A stretch of DNA of 64,000 nucleotides. It comes from Gammaproteobacteria bacterium. GTDB taxonomy: Bacteria; Pseudomonadota; Gammaproteobacteria; UBA4575. Of the stretch, positions 27,514 to 35,927 are shown piece after piece. Each line of letters starts with the position of its first letter. Position 1 is the first letter of the stretch. Both the position numbers and the translations under genes were made by a program. The notes under the pieces were generated by a model. It did no database searches and was not told where the DNA came from. It saw nothing but the letters and a program-made list of their open reading frames with translations. The stretch spans positions 914 to 64,913 of the forward strand of contig JAQWYM010000038.1 in assembly GCA_029253965.1 (NCBI GenBank), written 5' to 3'.

Positions 27514-27547
27514 TTAAAAAAGCTCGCCCTACTTGATGTCGGGCGAG
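27514..27547 (-). terminator. Rho-independent terminator (minus strand)
   Basis: Reverse complement reads CTCGCCC-GACATCAAGTA-GGGCGAG followed by CTTTTTTAATTTT. It lies about 240 nt downstream of the gpx stop. Confidence 0.55.
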
Positions 27548-27787
27548 AAAGGAGAGTGTGTAAGAAGTCACATCTCCTATAGCAATGAGGAGTAATAAAC
27601 ATTGCGTACGATGAGAATAATATATAGTACTATAAGATAAATATATTATATTAATTAAATGAGTTAGATCCCATCTATTGAGCAAACTGTTTATGCTGGG
27701 CTGGCGTGCGAGAGAATAAGGAGGGATGTGGACTTCTTAACCTTGCTGCTGAGCTAATAGGACTTTACTGGAACTGCCTGAAATTAC

Positions 27788-28327
27788 TTATTGAGCTAAT
27801 TCTTTTTTTAATTGTGTGATAAGTTTTTTACTATAAGGTTTTGTTCTTGGACCAAAATCTTCTATGAGTTGACCATTTCTGCCAATCAAATATTTATGAA
27901 AATTCCAACGAGGATAGGTGCCAGATTGCTCTTCTAGGGCTTGATAAAACGCATGTGCTTCATCTCCCTTAACAACTGTCTTCTCAAACATTGGGAATTT
28001 GACACCATAAGTCAACTTGCAGAAATCTTGAACCTGTTTCTCTGTCCCTGGTTCTTGTCCAAAAAAATCATTGGAAGGGAAGCCAAGCACAACAAAGTCT
28101 TGATCACTATATTCTTGGTGTAGCTTCTCCAGCCCTTCATATTGATAAGTTAGCCCACATTTGGATGCAGTGTTGACTACCAAAATGACCTTGCCAGCAT
28201 AAGCTTCACATAGATTAACCTGCTCATCAGAGGCTAGGCGTCGGAAGTTATGATCTAGTAACTCACTCTGACAAGCCAATGTTAGAGGTGAAAACAAAAG
28301 CAAGATGACGAGTAGGGCGTAGCGCAT
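27788..28327 (-). CDS. Glutathione peroxidase (Cys type), with a signal peptide
   Basis: VNTASKCGLT (peroxidatic Cys rather than Sec), FPSNDFFGQEPG and WNFHKYL motifs. Confidence 0.9.
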   Translation of the reverse strand: MRYALLVILLLFSPLTLACQSELLDHNFRRLASDEQVNLCEAYAGKVILVVNTASKCGLTYQYEGLEKLHQEYSDQDFVVLGFPSNDFFGQEPGTEKQVQDFCKLTYGVKFPMFEKTVVKGDEAHAFYQALEEQSGTYPRWNFHKYLIGRNGQLIEDFGPRTKPYSKKLITQLKKELAQ

Positions 28328-28440
28328 GAGATTCCTTGGTTTTAAACTAACGCCAACTATTTAGTCAGGGTTTACTCGTTCTGACAAGCTGTACAGCATG
28401 ATCTCAGTTGTAGACCTGAGATCATGCTGATGAAGCCTGC

Positions 28441-30510
28441 TTAGTAGAATAATTTCATGCCAAGCTGCACGCTGCGTCCTGCTAGTGGTACGTAGTCTTT
28501 GCTGAATGAGGCATGCTCTCGTGCTTTGATGTCGAAAAGGTTATTGATTTTAAAGTAGACATCGACCGAACTTTTCTCGAAATTAATTTCTCTTTTGAGC
28601 ATCAAGTCAAACTGATTATAGCTATTAGTTTCTGTCTCTAACTTAGCGTTATTAGTTTGCTTGAAGACATGACGCAGGTCAGCTTGAGCTATCCATAGGT
28701 CATACGGTAAAGCTAAACTCATACCGATGCTGGGCGGAGTGATACGCGGTATGTCTTCTTTTCCTGACTCAGTAAATTTGGCACGTACATAATCAGCAAA
28801 AAGAGTCATGTCTAACCTATAGCGGTTATTCACATCCAGCTTCTGATTATATTGTGCTTCAAACCCATAAAATTGAGCATCACGGTTAGCATATCTCACA
28901 GAGAGTAGTTCTCCCTCCGCGTCAAAACTACCATCATGTTCTACACGATCCGCAATGCCATCATTATTGATATCCTCTGATGCAGCATAAATATAGTTAT
29001 CGATATGATTGAAGAAACTAGCAATCTCCCAGCTTCGATCCTTATAGGCTCTGCGAACACCAATCTCAATATTGTGGCTAACTTCTTTATCAATTTTACG
29101 ATTACCCTTCTCGAAGGTACCACTGGCATGGTGCTCACCATAGCCATATAGAGCAAGTTCTTGAGGTGCTCGTTCACTCCTTGCAAATAAAGCATGAGTT
29201 CTTATGCCATTTGCAAAGCTCCAACTTGTGCCAGCTGAGATGGAATAATTTTTGAATGACTTATCTCCTTGGTCACTGGAGTATTCTATGCTGTCAGCGC
29301 GCAGCCCTAACTCCAAGCCCAAATTCTCACCTTGGTGTTGAGCAATACCGAAGATTCCAGTTTGATCTCTATCGACAGGTTGTAATAATGATTCCTCACC
29401 AACAGCAGAGATATCTCTAACATTGCTTTGCAGACCAAGGGCATAGGTCCAAGTTTTCATCATATGACTGCGCAGCTCAATGCGACTATCCCATTCTTCA
29501 TTATCAAAGCGAATCGATACATCACCATCATCAGACAACTCGTCATGCTTATAATCTTTATAAGAAGTACGGAGTAATACTGAGGCTAGATAAGGGTTTG
29601 TCTTGAAGAACTCTGCTTCTAAATCATAGCGTTGTTGTTTCATATCAATCTTCATACCAGAATGTTCTTCCTCTTCCTCATGTTCTTCCTCTTCCTCATG
29701 TTCTTCTTCTTCATGATGTTGTGATGGAAGGCCATACTTATGTTTGGTATCGGTGAGTGCAAAGGCGATTCTAAAAGCATCCGTTATGTAACCTAAACCA
29801 ATAGAAGCAATGTCTTTCTTTGAATGGGAGTTGTTTATTTTGCCTTTATGCTCAGGCTCGTGACTATCAGCATAGCCATCAATCTCAGTATCTTGACTAT
29901 CTTGTTTAAGCGCATCTAAATGCCAAGTAAAATTCTGATAACTACCATTAGTATCTATGCTCAGAGTTTCGCCATTATTAACACTGTCATATTGGCTGCT
30001 TGCTTTCAAAGAAAAGGGTTCTCTCTTCTTCGCTAGGCGTTTGCTAACTATATTAATAACACCGCCACTAGCACTAGGCCCATAACGAAGCGCTGCGGGT
30101 CCACGTATTATTTCAATTTGTTCTGCAGCGTGAACATCCACTGCTACAGCATGGTCATCACTAAGACTGGAAACATCTCCAATATCACTACCGTTGTCTA
30201 AAATTTGTATGCGATTAGCACCCAGTCCACGAATGGTTGGACGGCTACTGCCTGCGACAAAATGTGTTGATGAGACGCCAGGGATGTTACGTAGTGTCTC
30301 CCCTAAGCTGATAGCCATTTCTTGCTCTATCAATGTCCTGTTTAGTACGGTTAAAGCTGGGTTTAGCTGATTATTGAGTAAAGGCTTAAAGATACTCGAC
30401 TCGACTACTATTTCAGGTAATTCTTCTGCAATGCTTTTGCTGCTTAAACTTAACGATAAGAGACTTGTAAATAAAAGGCATTGGAGATGTTTACTGGATA
30501 CTTTAATCAT
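28441..30510 (-). CDS. TonB-dependent outer-membrane receptor, ZnuD-like (probably zinc regulated)
   Basis: Signal peptide begins at the ATG at 30510. Plug domain present (TonB box EIVVES; IRGLG). His/Glu-rich insert HHEEEEHEEEEEHEEEEEH. C-terminal ...GMKLFY. Divergent from zur, with Zur-box-like palindromes in between. Confidence 0.8.
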   Translation of the reverse strand: MIKVSSKHLQCLLFTSLLSLSLSSKSIAEELPEIVVESSIFKPLLNNQLNPALTVLNRTLIEQEMAISLGETLRNIPGVSSTHFVAGSSRPTIRGLGANRIQILDNGSDIGDVSSLSDDHAVAVDVHAAEQIEIIRGPAALRYGPSASGGVINIVSKRLAKKREPFSLKASSQYDSVNNGETLSIDTNGSYQNFTWHLDALKQDSQDTEIDGYADSHEPEHKGKINNSHSKKDIASIGLGYITDAFRIAFALTDTKHKYGLPSQHHEEEEHEEEEEHEEEEEHSGMKIDMKQQRYDLEAEFFKTNPYLASVLLRTSYKDYKHDELSDDGDVSIRFDNEEWDSRIELRSHMMKTWTYALGLQSNVRDISAVGEESLLQPVDRDQTGIFGIAQHQGENLGLELGLRADSIEYSSDQGDKSFKNYSISAGTSWSFANGIRTHALFARSERAPQELALYGYGEHHASGTFEKGNRKIDKEVSHNIEIGVRRAYKDRSWEIASFFNHIDNYIYAASEDINNDGIADRVEHDGSFDAEGELLSVRYANRDAQFYGFEAQYNQKLDVNNRYRLDMTLFADYVRAKFTESGKEDIPRITPPSIGMSLALPYDLWIAQADLRHVFKQTNNAKLETETNSYNQFDLMLKREINFEKSSVDVYFKINNLFDIKAREHASFSKDYVPLAGRSVQLGMKLFY
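29662..29718. repeat. In-frame 18-bp tandem repeat (about 3 copies) encoding (EEEEEH)n
   Basis: ATGTTCTTCCTCTTCCTC appears twice exactly, followed by a 15-nt variant. On the coding (minus) strand this reads GAGGAAGAGGAAGAACAT. Confidence 0.9.
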
Positions 30511-30534
30511 TGTTATGGCTACCGTTGTCTTATA

Positions 30535-30584
30535 GAATGTTATGTTATAACTAATCATACATTAAGTTGTTATAACATAACAAT
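30535..30584. promoter_or_regulatory. Pair of Zur-box-like sites forming a large inverted repeat
   Basis: TGTTATGTTATAAC (30539-30552) and its exact reverse complement GTTATAACATAACA (30568-30581), separated by 15 nt. Each arm contains the GTTATAAC core resembling the gammaproteobacterial Zur consensus (GAAATGTTATAnTATAACATTTC). Confidence 0.6.
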
Positions 30585-30595
30585 AGGTTCTGGCT

Positions 30596-31054
30596 ATGTA
30601 TAAAGACCATTCACATTCAAAATGCATAAGTACAGCTCTAGAGAGGGCAGATAGCCTGTGCAGTAAGCGAAATGTTCGCTTTACGCCAATAAGAAAAAAG
30701 GTATTGAGCTTGATTTTAGAACAACACATGCCAATCAAGGCCTACGATATTCTGGCTAAACTGAGTGATGCGGAACACATTGAAAAACCGCCTACGGTCT
30801 ATCGTGCTTTGGAATTCTTAATTGAGAATCAGCTGATTCATAAAATTGATAGTAGTAACAGCTTCATTGCCTGCGAATTCGATCATAAGCAGCATGAGAG
30901 CCAGTTCCTAGTTTGTGATAACTGCAATGAAGTGATGGAGCTACAAGAGCCACTTCTGAGCTCAGCCTTGACTGAAATCAGTGAGAGTAAGGGCTTCATC
31001 ACACGCCAGAGTCATGTCGAGATTCATGGGGTTTGTGCGGATTGTGCTAATTAA
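30596..31054 (+). CDS. zur: Zinc uptake regulator (Fur family)
   Basis: Close to E. coli Zur along its length: RNVR.TP.R..VL, KPPTVYRAL.FL, C.NC..., HG.CA.C. Confidence 0.88.
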   Translation: MYKDHSHSKCISTALERADSLCSKRNVRFTPIRKKVLSLILEQHMPIKAYDILAKLSDAEHIEKPPTVYRALEFLIENQLIHKIDSSNSFIACEFDHKQHESQFLVCDNCNEVMELQEPLLSSALTEISESKGFITRQSHVEIHGVCADCAN

Positions 31055-31055
31055 T

Positions 31056-31481
31056 ATGAAAATAAATCTTGATCGTATCGCTATCTCACTCTCTGCTTTT
31101 TGTGCGTTGCATTGTGTGATTCTTGCATTAGTTGCTGGAATTCTCCCATTATTCTTTGGCTTAGGGCAGCATGGCCATGGAGTGCACGACTTCTTATTTC
31201 ATCAAGTTATGCTAATTTTGATTTTGCCAATAAGCTTGCCCGCGCTCTGGTTTGGTTATAGAAAACATAGAAGGCTACGGCCGATTCTGGTATCAGTTTT
31301 TGGGCTTTTACTATTGCTGATTGTAAGTATATTCGTTGATGACCTGATTCACTCCGGTGTACTCGCCGTAGAGTATGAAACTTCACTGACATTAGCCGGT
31401 GGTATTATTCATGCTGTCGGACACTGGCTTAATCTAAAAGCAACTGCTGCAGCTGGTTGTACTAAGGCAGCCGCGGCCTAA
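31056..31481 (+). CDS. MerC-like small 4-TM membrane protein with an N-terminal CxxHC motif
   Basis: ATG 1 nt after the zur stop. MKINLDRIAISLSAFCALHCV..., His-rich loop GQHGHGVHD, GHWLN near the C-terminus. A paralogue lies at 54236-54664. Confidence 0.55.
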   Translation: MKINLDRIAISLSAFCALHCVILALVAGILPLFFGLGQHGHGVHDFLFHQVMLILILPISLPALWFGYRKHRRLRPILVSVFGLLLLLIVSIFVDDLIHSGVLAVEYETSLTLAGGIIHAVGHWLNLKATAAAGCTKAAAA

Positions 31482-31640
31482 GCTTTATCTCAGCGAGTCG
31501 TGATGTTTTTAATTCCTCTGCATATCAAGCAGAGACGTTGATATTTTGCCTATGGCATCGACAGTATCGACATGGCCAACTCTGTAAAATAAGTCTCAGT
31601 ATTAGGACTTTCAAAGATTAAACCCATAATCAATATGCCA

Positions 31641-31668
31641 AAAAAAGAGGCGATAACGCCTCTTTTAA
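31641..31668. terminator. Bidirectional rho-independent terminator
   Basis: AAAAAAAGAGGCG-ATAA-CGCCTCTTTT between the convergent merC-like gene and the TonB receptor gene. Confidence 0.75.
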
Positions 31669-31687
31669 AGAACAGTTATAGACTGTC

Positions 31688-33955
31688 TTAGAAGGTATAT
31701 TTTGCAGAGGTGAAGAAGGTACGAGAAGGCCAAGGATGGTACACATAGGCTTCTTCGTTAAAGACATTATCAATGCCTGCTGAAATACTTGCAGAAGCAT
31801 TCATCTGCCATCTAACCTTCAGATTGACAAAGAAATATTCATCTTGTGCACCAAAGACTTCATTGGCGGTGTCACTGTTATCAAGCTCACCATAGCTATT
31901 AGAGGCGTAACGGAAGTTAGTCGTTAGATCTATATTGGCTGTGTGGTGATAAGTGAGTCCCAGATTAGAACGCCATTTCGGTATGCGTGGGAAGCGCTTA
32001 CCTTCAATTGATGTATTTAATGTGTTCTTAGTAATCTCAGCATCGGTGTAAGTTAGATTGAACTGCATGTCTAATAACGGATGGAAAAGCTCAGCTTGTT
32101 GGAAGATGAACTCAGCCCCCGTAGTTTTAACGGTGTCTACGGGTAGGGTGGTGGTGATACTGTCATTATTATTATCCAGTGCTGAGAAGGTGAAAATTAC
32201 ATCATCGACTTCCTCATGGAAAATATTGACCTTGATAGCGCCTTTGCTGAGCTGCTTTTCTAAAGACAAGTTATGATGAATACCATCTTCTGGCTCTAGG
32301 TTAGGGTCTGAATTAAACTGACGGCTTCCTGTCGACTCATTACGGTATAACTCTTCAACAATAGGGAAACGGACTGCACGGGCTACAGAATAGCGTAGGG
32401 TAACGTCCTGAGCAGGGAAGTAACCAATGGAGAGCTTCGGTGACCAAGCAGTTTCATCACGATCTGTGGCTGAGGTTGAGCCACCCTGAGTAAAGGCGCC
32501 ATCGCTGGACCAGTCCTCATAGCGCAGACCAACAGCAACATCAATTTTTTCATTAACGGCATAGCCAAACTGTGCAAATAAGGCCTGAGTTTCTGTTTCT
32601 CCACCACTGTTACCGCGACTAGCGCCTTTGACTCGGTTTACCGCATCATATTTGTAAGGCTTGATAGAGAGCTCATAGTTATCATAATGATAGCCAACAG
32701 AGAGACGTGCTTTAGTGTTACCGAGTAAAGTCTCAGTACCAACCTTGGCGTCAAAGGTTTCCCAGCCGGTATCTTCAGCATCAGTTAAGCGACCCTTATA
32801 AGAAGCATTTTCTGAAATATAATCAGGATCATTGGGATTGCGAGCAGTTCGAATTTCTTCATCTTTGATAATATCGAAGTCACTGTAGTAAACATCAAAC
32901 AGCCAATCACTTCGTGCCACAGGGCCAGAGAAACCGAGACCATAGAGAAGGCTATTGCGTTCTTGATAACGTTCCTGAAAATTAGATCCACTGATGCTGA
33001 AGCTCTCAGCACCCACTTTCACAGTACCATTCCAAATAGTGTTACCTGAGGCATCTTTAGCATAACTATTTAGATTTTTAAGCTCTCGGTCACGGCTTTC
33101 ATAAGCGACTCTAGCGCGTAACTCATACTCACCGAGCTGATAATCAAGTTTGAGCTTAAACAAATCTGTTTGTGCACGCTCTTCGCCATTGTCACCATAG
33201 AAGTAACCAGAGACTTTCTTATTATTAGTGCCAGTCTCGGGGCCGTTAACAGCTGTTGCCGCATTATCAGAGCCAATACTGCTGGTGAAAAAGTAAGACT
33301 GAGGTTGCCCATCATTATCTAAATGATTAAAAGAGGCGTAGATACCGAGGTTACCAATACGATCAGCAAATGACATAAAGGCACTTTCACCGCGATACTC
33401 ATCGCTCGTTTGCAGTTCTTTGTAATCTTGTAAGAACATGCTGCCTGATAAGGTAATCTCTCGTTTGGTTGGGACTTTAGTGCGTATATTGACGACACCG
33501 CCCATGGCATTCCCCGCATACTCTGCTGAAAATGGGCCATAAATAACATCGATTTTTTCGATCTCATTAGGTGAGACTAGTGACCAGCGTGGTGCACCAG
33601 AGTAACGCGTCTGTAGGTGATAATGGATAGGTAAGCCGTCACTAAATACCATGCTTCGGTGCCCTTGGAACATGTTCGAGCCACGGATGCCGATAACACC
33701 GTTTGGGTCACCAATAAAACGCTTTCGAACAACCAAGCTAGGCTGCATTGAAATAGCATCTTCGGTATTAATGATATTCATCGTTTCAATCTGCTCTGCA
33801 GTCACGGTTGATGTCGGAGCGATTGTTGTGGTGTCTTGAAAGAGTTTATCTTCGACTGAGATGCGTGGCAGCTCTTCTGCAAATAAATGTGCAGAGATTG
33901 CGAGCATTAATAGGCAGAAAGCCGAAATAAGCGTATTTTTAATTGGCATCATCAT
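31688..33955 (-). CDS. TonB-dependent outer-membrane receptor (substrate unknown)
   Basis: Signal peptide, plug motifs (IRGS; PFSAEYAGNAMGGVVNI), a long beta-barrel and a terminal ...SAKYTF. Confidence 0.85.
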   Translation of the reverse strand: MMMPIKNTLISAFCLLMLAISAHLFAEELPRISVEDKLFQDTTTIAPTSTVTAEQIETMNIINTEDAISMQPSLVVRKRFIGDPNGVIGIRGSNMFQGHRSMVFSDGLPIHYHLQTRYSGAPRWSLVSPNEIEKIDVIYGPFSAEYAGNAMGGVVNIRTKVPTKREITLSGSMFLQDYKELQTSDEYRGESAFMSFADRIGNLGIYASFNHLDNDGQPQSYFFTSSIGSDNAATAVNGPETGTNNKKVSGYFYGDNGEERAQTDLFKLKLDYQLGEYELRARVAYESRDRELKNLNSYAKDASGNTIWNGTVKVGAESFSISGSNFQERYQERNSLLYGLGFSGPVARSDWLFDVYYSDFDIIKDEEIRTARNPNDPDYISENASYKGRLTDAEDTGWETFDAKVGTETLLGNTKARLSVGYHYDNYELSIKPYKYDAVNRVKGASRGNSGGETETQALFAQFGYAVNEKIDVAVGLRYEDWSSDGAFTQGGSTSATDRDETAWSPKLSIGYFPAQDVTLRYSVARAVRFPIVEELYRNESTGSRQFNSDPNLEPEDGIHHNLSLEKQLSKGAIKVNIFHEEVDDVIFTFSALDNNNDSITTTLPVDTVKTTGAEFIFQQAELFHPLLDMQFNLTYTDAEITKNTLNTSIEGKRFPRIPKWRSNLGLTYHHTANIDLTTNFRYASNSYGELDNSDTANEVFGAQDEYFFVNLKVRWQMNASASISAGIDNVFNEEAYVYHPWPSRTFFTSAKYTF

Positions 33956-34101
33956 TCTAGAAATAGGTCTTTTGTATGAAATTAGGACGTGATTTTAAGA
34001 TAAATAAAGGGCTTTAACCTGCGGCATGATGTCGCAGGCAGTCTGCTAACAAACTGGTTAAAATTAGATTGTAATAATTTAATGTTGGGACAACCCTCAT
34101 A

Positions 34102-35295
34102 ATGAAAGCTCTTATTTTGCGATATTTATTCGCTCTGACCCTGTGTCTCTCTTTTAGCGCATCCACTGCCTCTGCAAAAACACTTTGTGCAGGCCTAACG
34201 GTTGACTGTGGCAGCACGCCTGAGGCGACATTTGATCAACAAGGTCGTCTCTGGTTGGTTAATGTTCATCAAGGCTTTCTTTATGTGCAGTATTCAGATG
34301 ATCTGGCGCAAAGCTTTTCTAAGGCAATAAAAGTCAATGACAGCGCCGAGCGCATTGAGAGTAAGGGGGATTCTAGGCCTCAAATCGCTGTTGATTCGGC
34401 AGGTCGTCTGTTTATCTCCTGGGTTCAGAAGACTGAGGGTAAATATGCAGGCCGTGTGAGATTTACTCGCTCGCTTGATCAGGGCAAAAGTTTTGAGCAA
34501 GTACGTACAATCAATAGGGATGTCGGTCTCATCGGGCACCGCTTTGTGCGTATGCAATTAGACGCTGAGGGAAATATTTTACTGGCTTGGTTGGACAAGC
34601 GTGATCGTGTTGCAGCAAAAAAGAAAGGCTTAGAGTATCGAGGTACGGCACTCTATTCAGTGCGCTCATATGATCATGGTGAGCGCTTTAGTGCGAATCA
34701 AAACTTGGCTGATCACAGTTGTGAATGTTGCCGCTTAGCCAGTGCAGTCGATGATGATGGTGGCATGTATGTCTTTTGGCGAATGATCTTTGATAAGAAT
34801 ACACGGGATCATGCCTTGTTATACCTGCCTAAAAATCAGACAGTCCAGCCTCTAGTGAGGGCTACTTATGACCAATGGCAGATTGATGCCTGCCCGCATC
34901 ATGGCCCCGATATGGACTATATGAATGGCAAACTACATTTAACATGGTTTAGTCAGGGAGAGGCGCATTCAGGGCTTATGTATGCCGCTTATGACATCAA
35001 AAGTAAGCAATTTAGCACCACGCAATCAGTGGATGCGTCACCGCAGGCCTCGCACCCACAGATCGCCAGTAATGGGCAACAGTTATTTCAAGTTTGGAAA
35101 CGATTTAATGGTGAGAACACAGTGGTTCTGAGCAGGGTATCTATTGATCAAGGTCAAAGCTGGTCACAGGATAAGCGATTAACTCAGACCGCTGGTTCTT
35201 CAGATCATCCACTGCTGATTCGTAATAAGAATAAGGTTTTTCTATCGTGGCTGAGTAGCGATGAAGGTTATCAGTTACTGGCCTTAGAGGATTAA
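34102..35295 (+). CDS. Secreted BNR/Asp-box repeat beta-propeller protein (sialidase-like fold) with Cys/His motifs
   Basis: Signal peptide. Asp-boxes SLDQGKSF, SYDHGERF and SIDQGQSW. Unusual CECC (aa 207-210) and CPHHGP (aa 264-269) motifs. Confidence 0.6.
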   Translation: MKALILRYLFALTLCLSFSASTASAKTLCAGLTVDCGSTPEATFDQQGRLWLVNVHQGFLYVQYSDDLAQSFSKAIKVNDSAERIESKGDSRPQIAVDSAGRLFISWVQKTEGKYAGRVRFTRSLDQGKSFEQVRTINRDVGLIGHRFVRMQLDAEGNILLAWLDKRDRVAAKKKGLEYRGTALYSVRSYDHGERFSANQNLADHSCECCRLASAVDDDGGMYVFWRMIFDKNTRDHALLYLPKNQTVQPLVRATYDQWQIDACPHHGPDMDYMNGKLHLTWFSQGEAHSGLMYAAYDIKSKQFSTTQSVDASPQASHPQIASNGQQLFQVWKRFNGENTVVLSRVSIDQGQSWSQDKRLTQTAGSSDHPLLIRNKNKVFLSWLSSDEGYQLLALED

Positions 35296-35297
35296 TC

Positions 35298-35765
35298 ATG
35301 AATCGCCTTATATTATTAATACTCGTTATGTTACTGCCGCTATCCTCAGCTCAGGCTGAACTCTTAGCGTTCAAAGATGACAGTCTTGCAAAGATTGTAG
35401 AGAGGCATGCAGGCGAACATTTTCTCCTTTTTGTGTGGTCTATTGATTGCCCTGCCTGTAAGAATGACTTGGCAAACTTCAATGAGCTGAAAAAAGAAGT
35501 ACCCAATGAGAGGATAGTGTTACTGAATAGTGATGGTGAACTCAGTAGTGAAATGGTGGCACAGACAATTGCAGAGTTTGGCCTAAGTAATTTAGAGAAT
35601 TGGAAGTTTGCCGACAATGCGACAGCACGGTTACGTTATAAACTCGATCAAAGTTGGGCTGGTGAGTTACCACGAAGTTATTTTTATAGCAAAGACGGTA
35701 GACGCCAATCATTCTCAGGAAGTTTAGATACAGATCGATTGAAGCTGTGGTTGCTGCAAGAATAG
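35298..35765 (+). CDS. Periplasmic thioredoxin-fold protein (TlpA/ResA-like)
   Basis: Signal peptide, WSIDCPAC (CxxC). Starts 2 nt after the BNR gene stop. Confidence 0.6.
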   Translation: MNRLILLILVMLLPLSSAQAELLAFKDDSLAKIVERHAGEHFLLFVWSIDCPACKNDLANFNELKKEVPNERIVLLNSDGELSSEMVAQTIAEFGLSNLENWKFADNATARLRYKLDQSWAGELPRSYFYSKDGRRQSFSGSLDTDRLKLWLLQE

Positions 35766-35927
35766 GCGCTTAAAAAACAATGCACTAAAATCAGCTGGAT
35801 AAGGAGTGGACTGTACTCATCCCATTTCAGTGCATTGAGCAAGACACTTTTTAATCAATGAAAGACTTTAAAAGTGCGGTACAAAAAATATTATTATTAC
35901 TAGATTACGTTACTACTTGATGGCTCC

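Noticed and set aside
27470-27685. 71-aa ORF in the gpx-downstream gap
   Set aside because: There is no RBS context, the composition is extremely AT-driven (Ile/Leu/Tyr-rich), and the ORF spans a terminator hairpin. The region is treated as noncoding.
27788-28327. Possible selenocysteine (in-frame TGA) in glutathione peroxidase, considered because selD is present
   Set aside because: The ORF is uninterrupted and the peroxidatic position is encoded as Cys (NTASKCGLT). I noticed no in-frame TGA-split gene pair elsewhere in the window.
32058-33839. Cluster of 60-82-aa ORFs on both strands within the TonB-receptor gene
   Set aside because: All lie inside the long, motif-supported 755-aa receptor frame, and they have low-complexity, atypical composition. 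They are shadow ORFs. The same reasoning applies to 583-846, 5034-5482, 9796-10032, 13751-14452, 15354-15894, 36748-36972, 48161-48448, 53423-53680 and the ORFs at 61566-63865 inside cusA.
34067-34083. Fur/Zur-box-like element GATTGTAATAATTTAAT upstream of the second TonB receptor and the BNR operon
   Set aside because: It matches either consensus only partially and sits in generally AT-rich DNA. It is mentioned in a finding but is not annotated as a feature.
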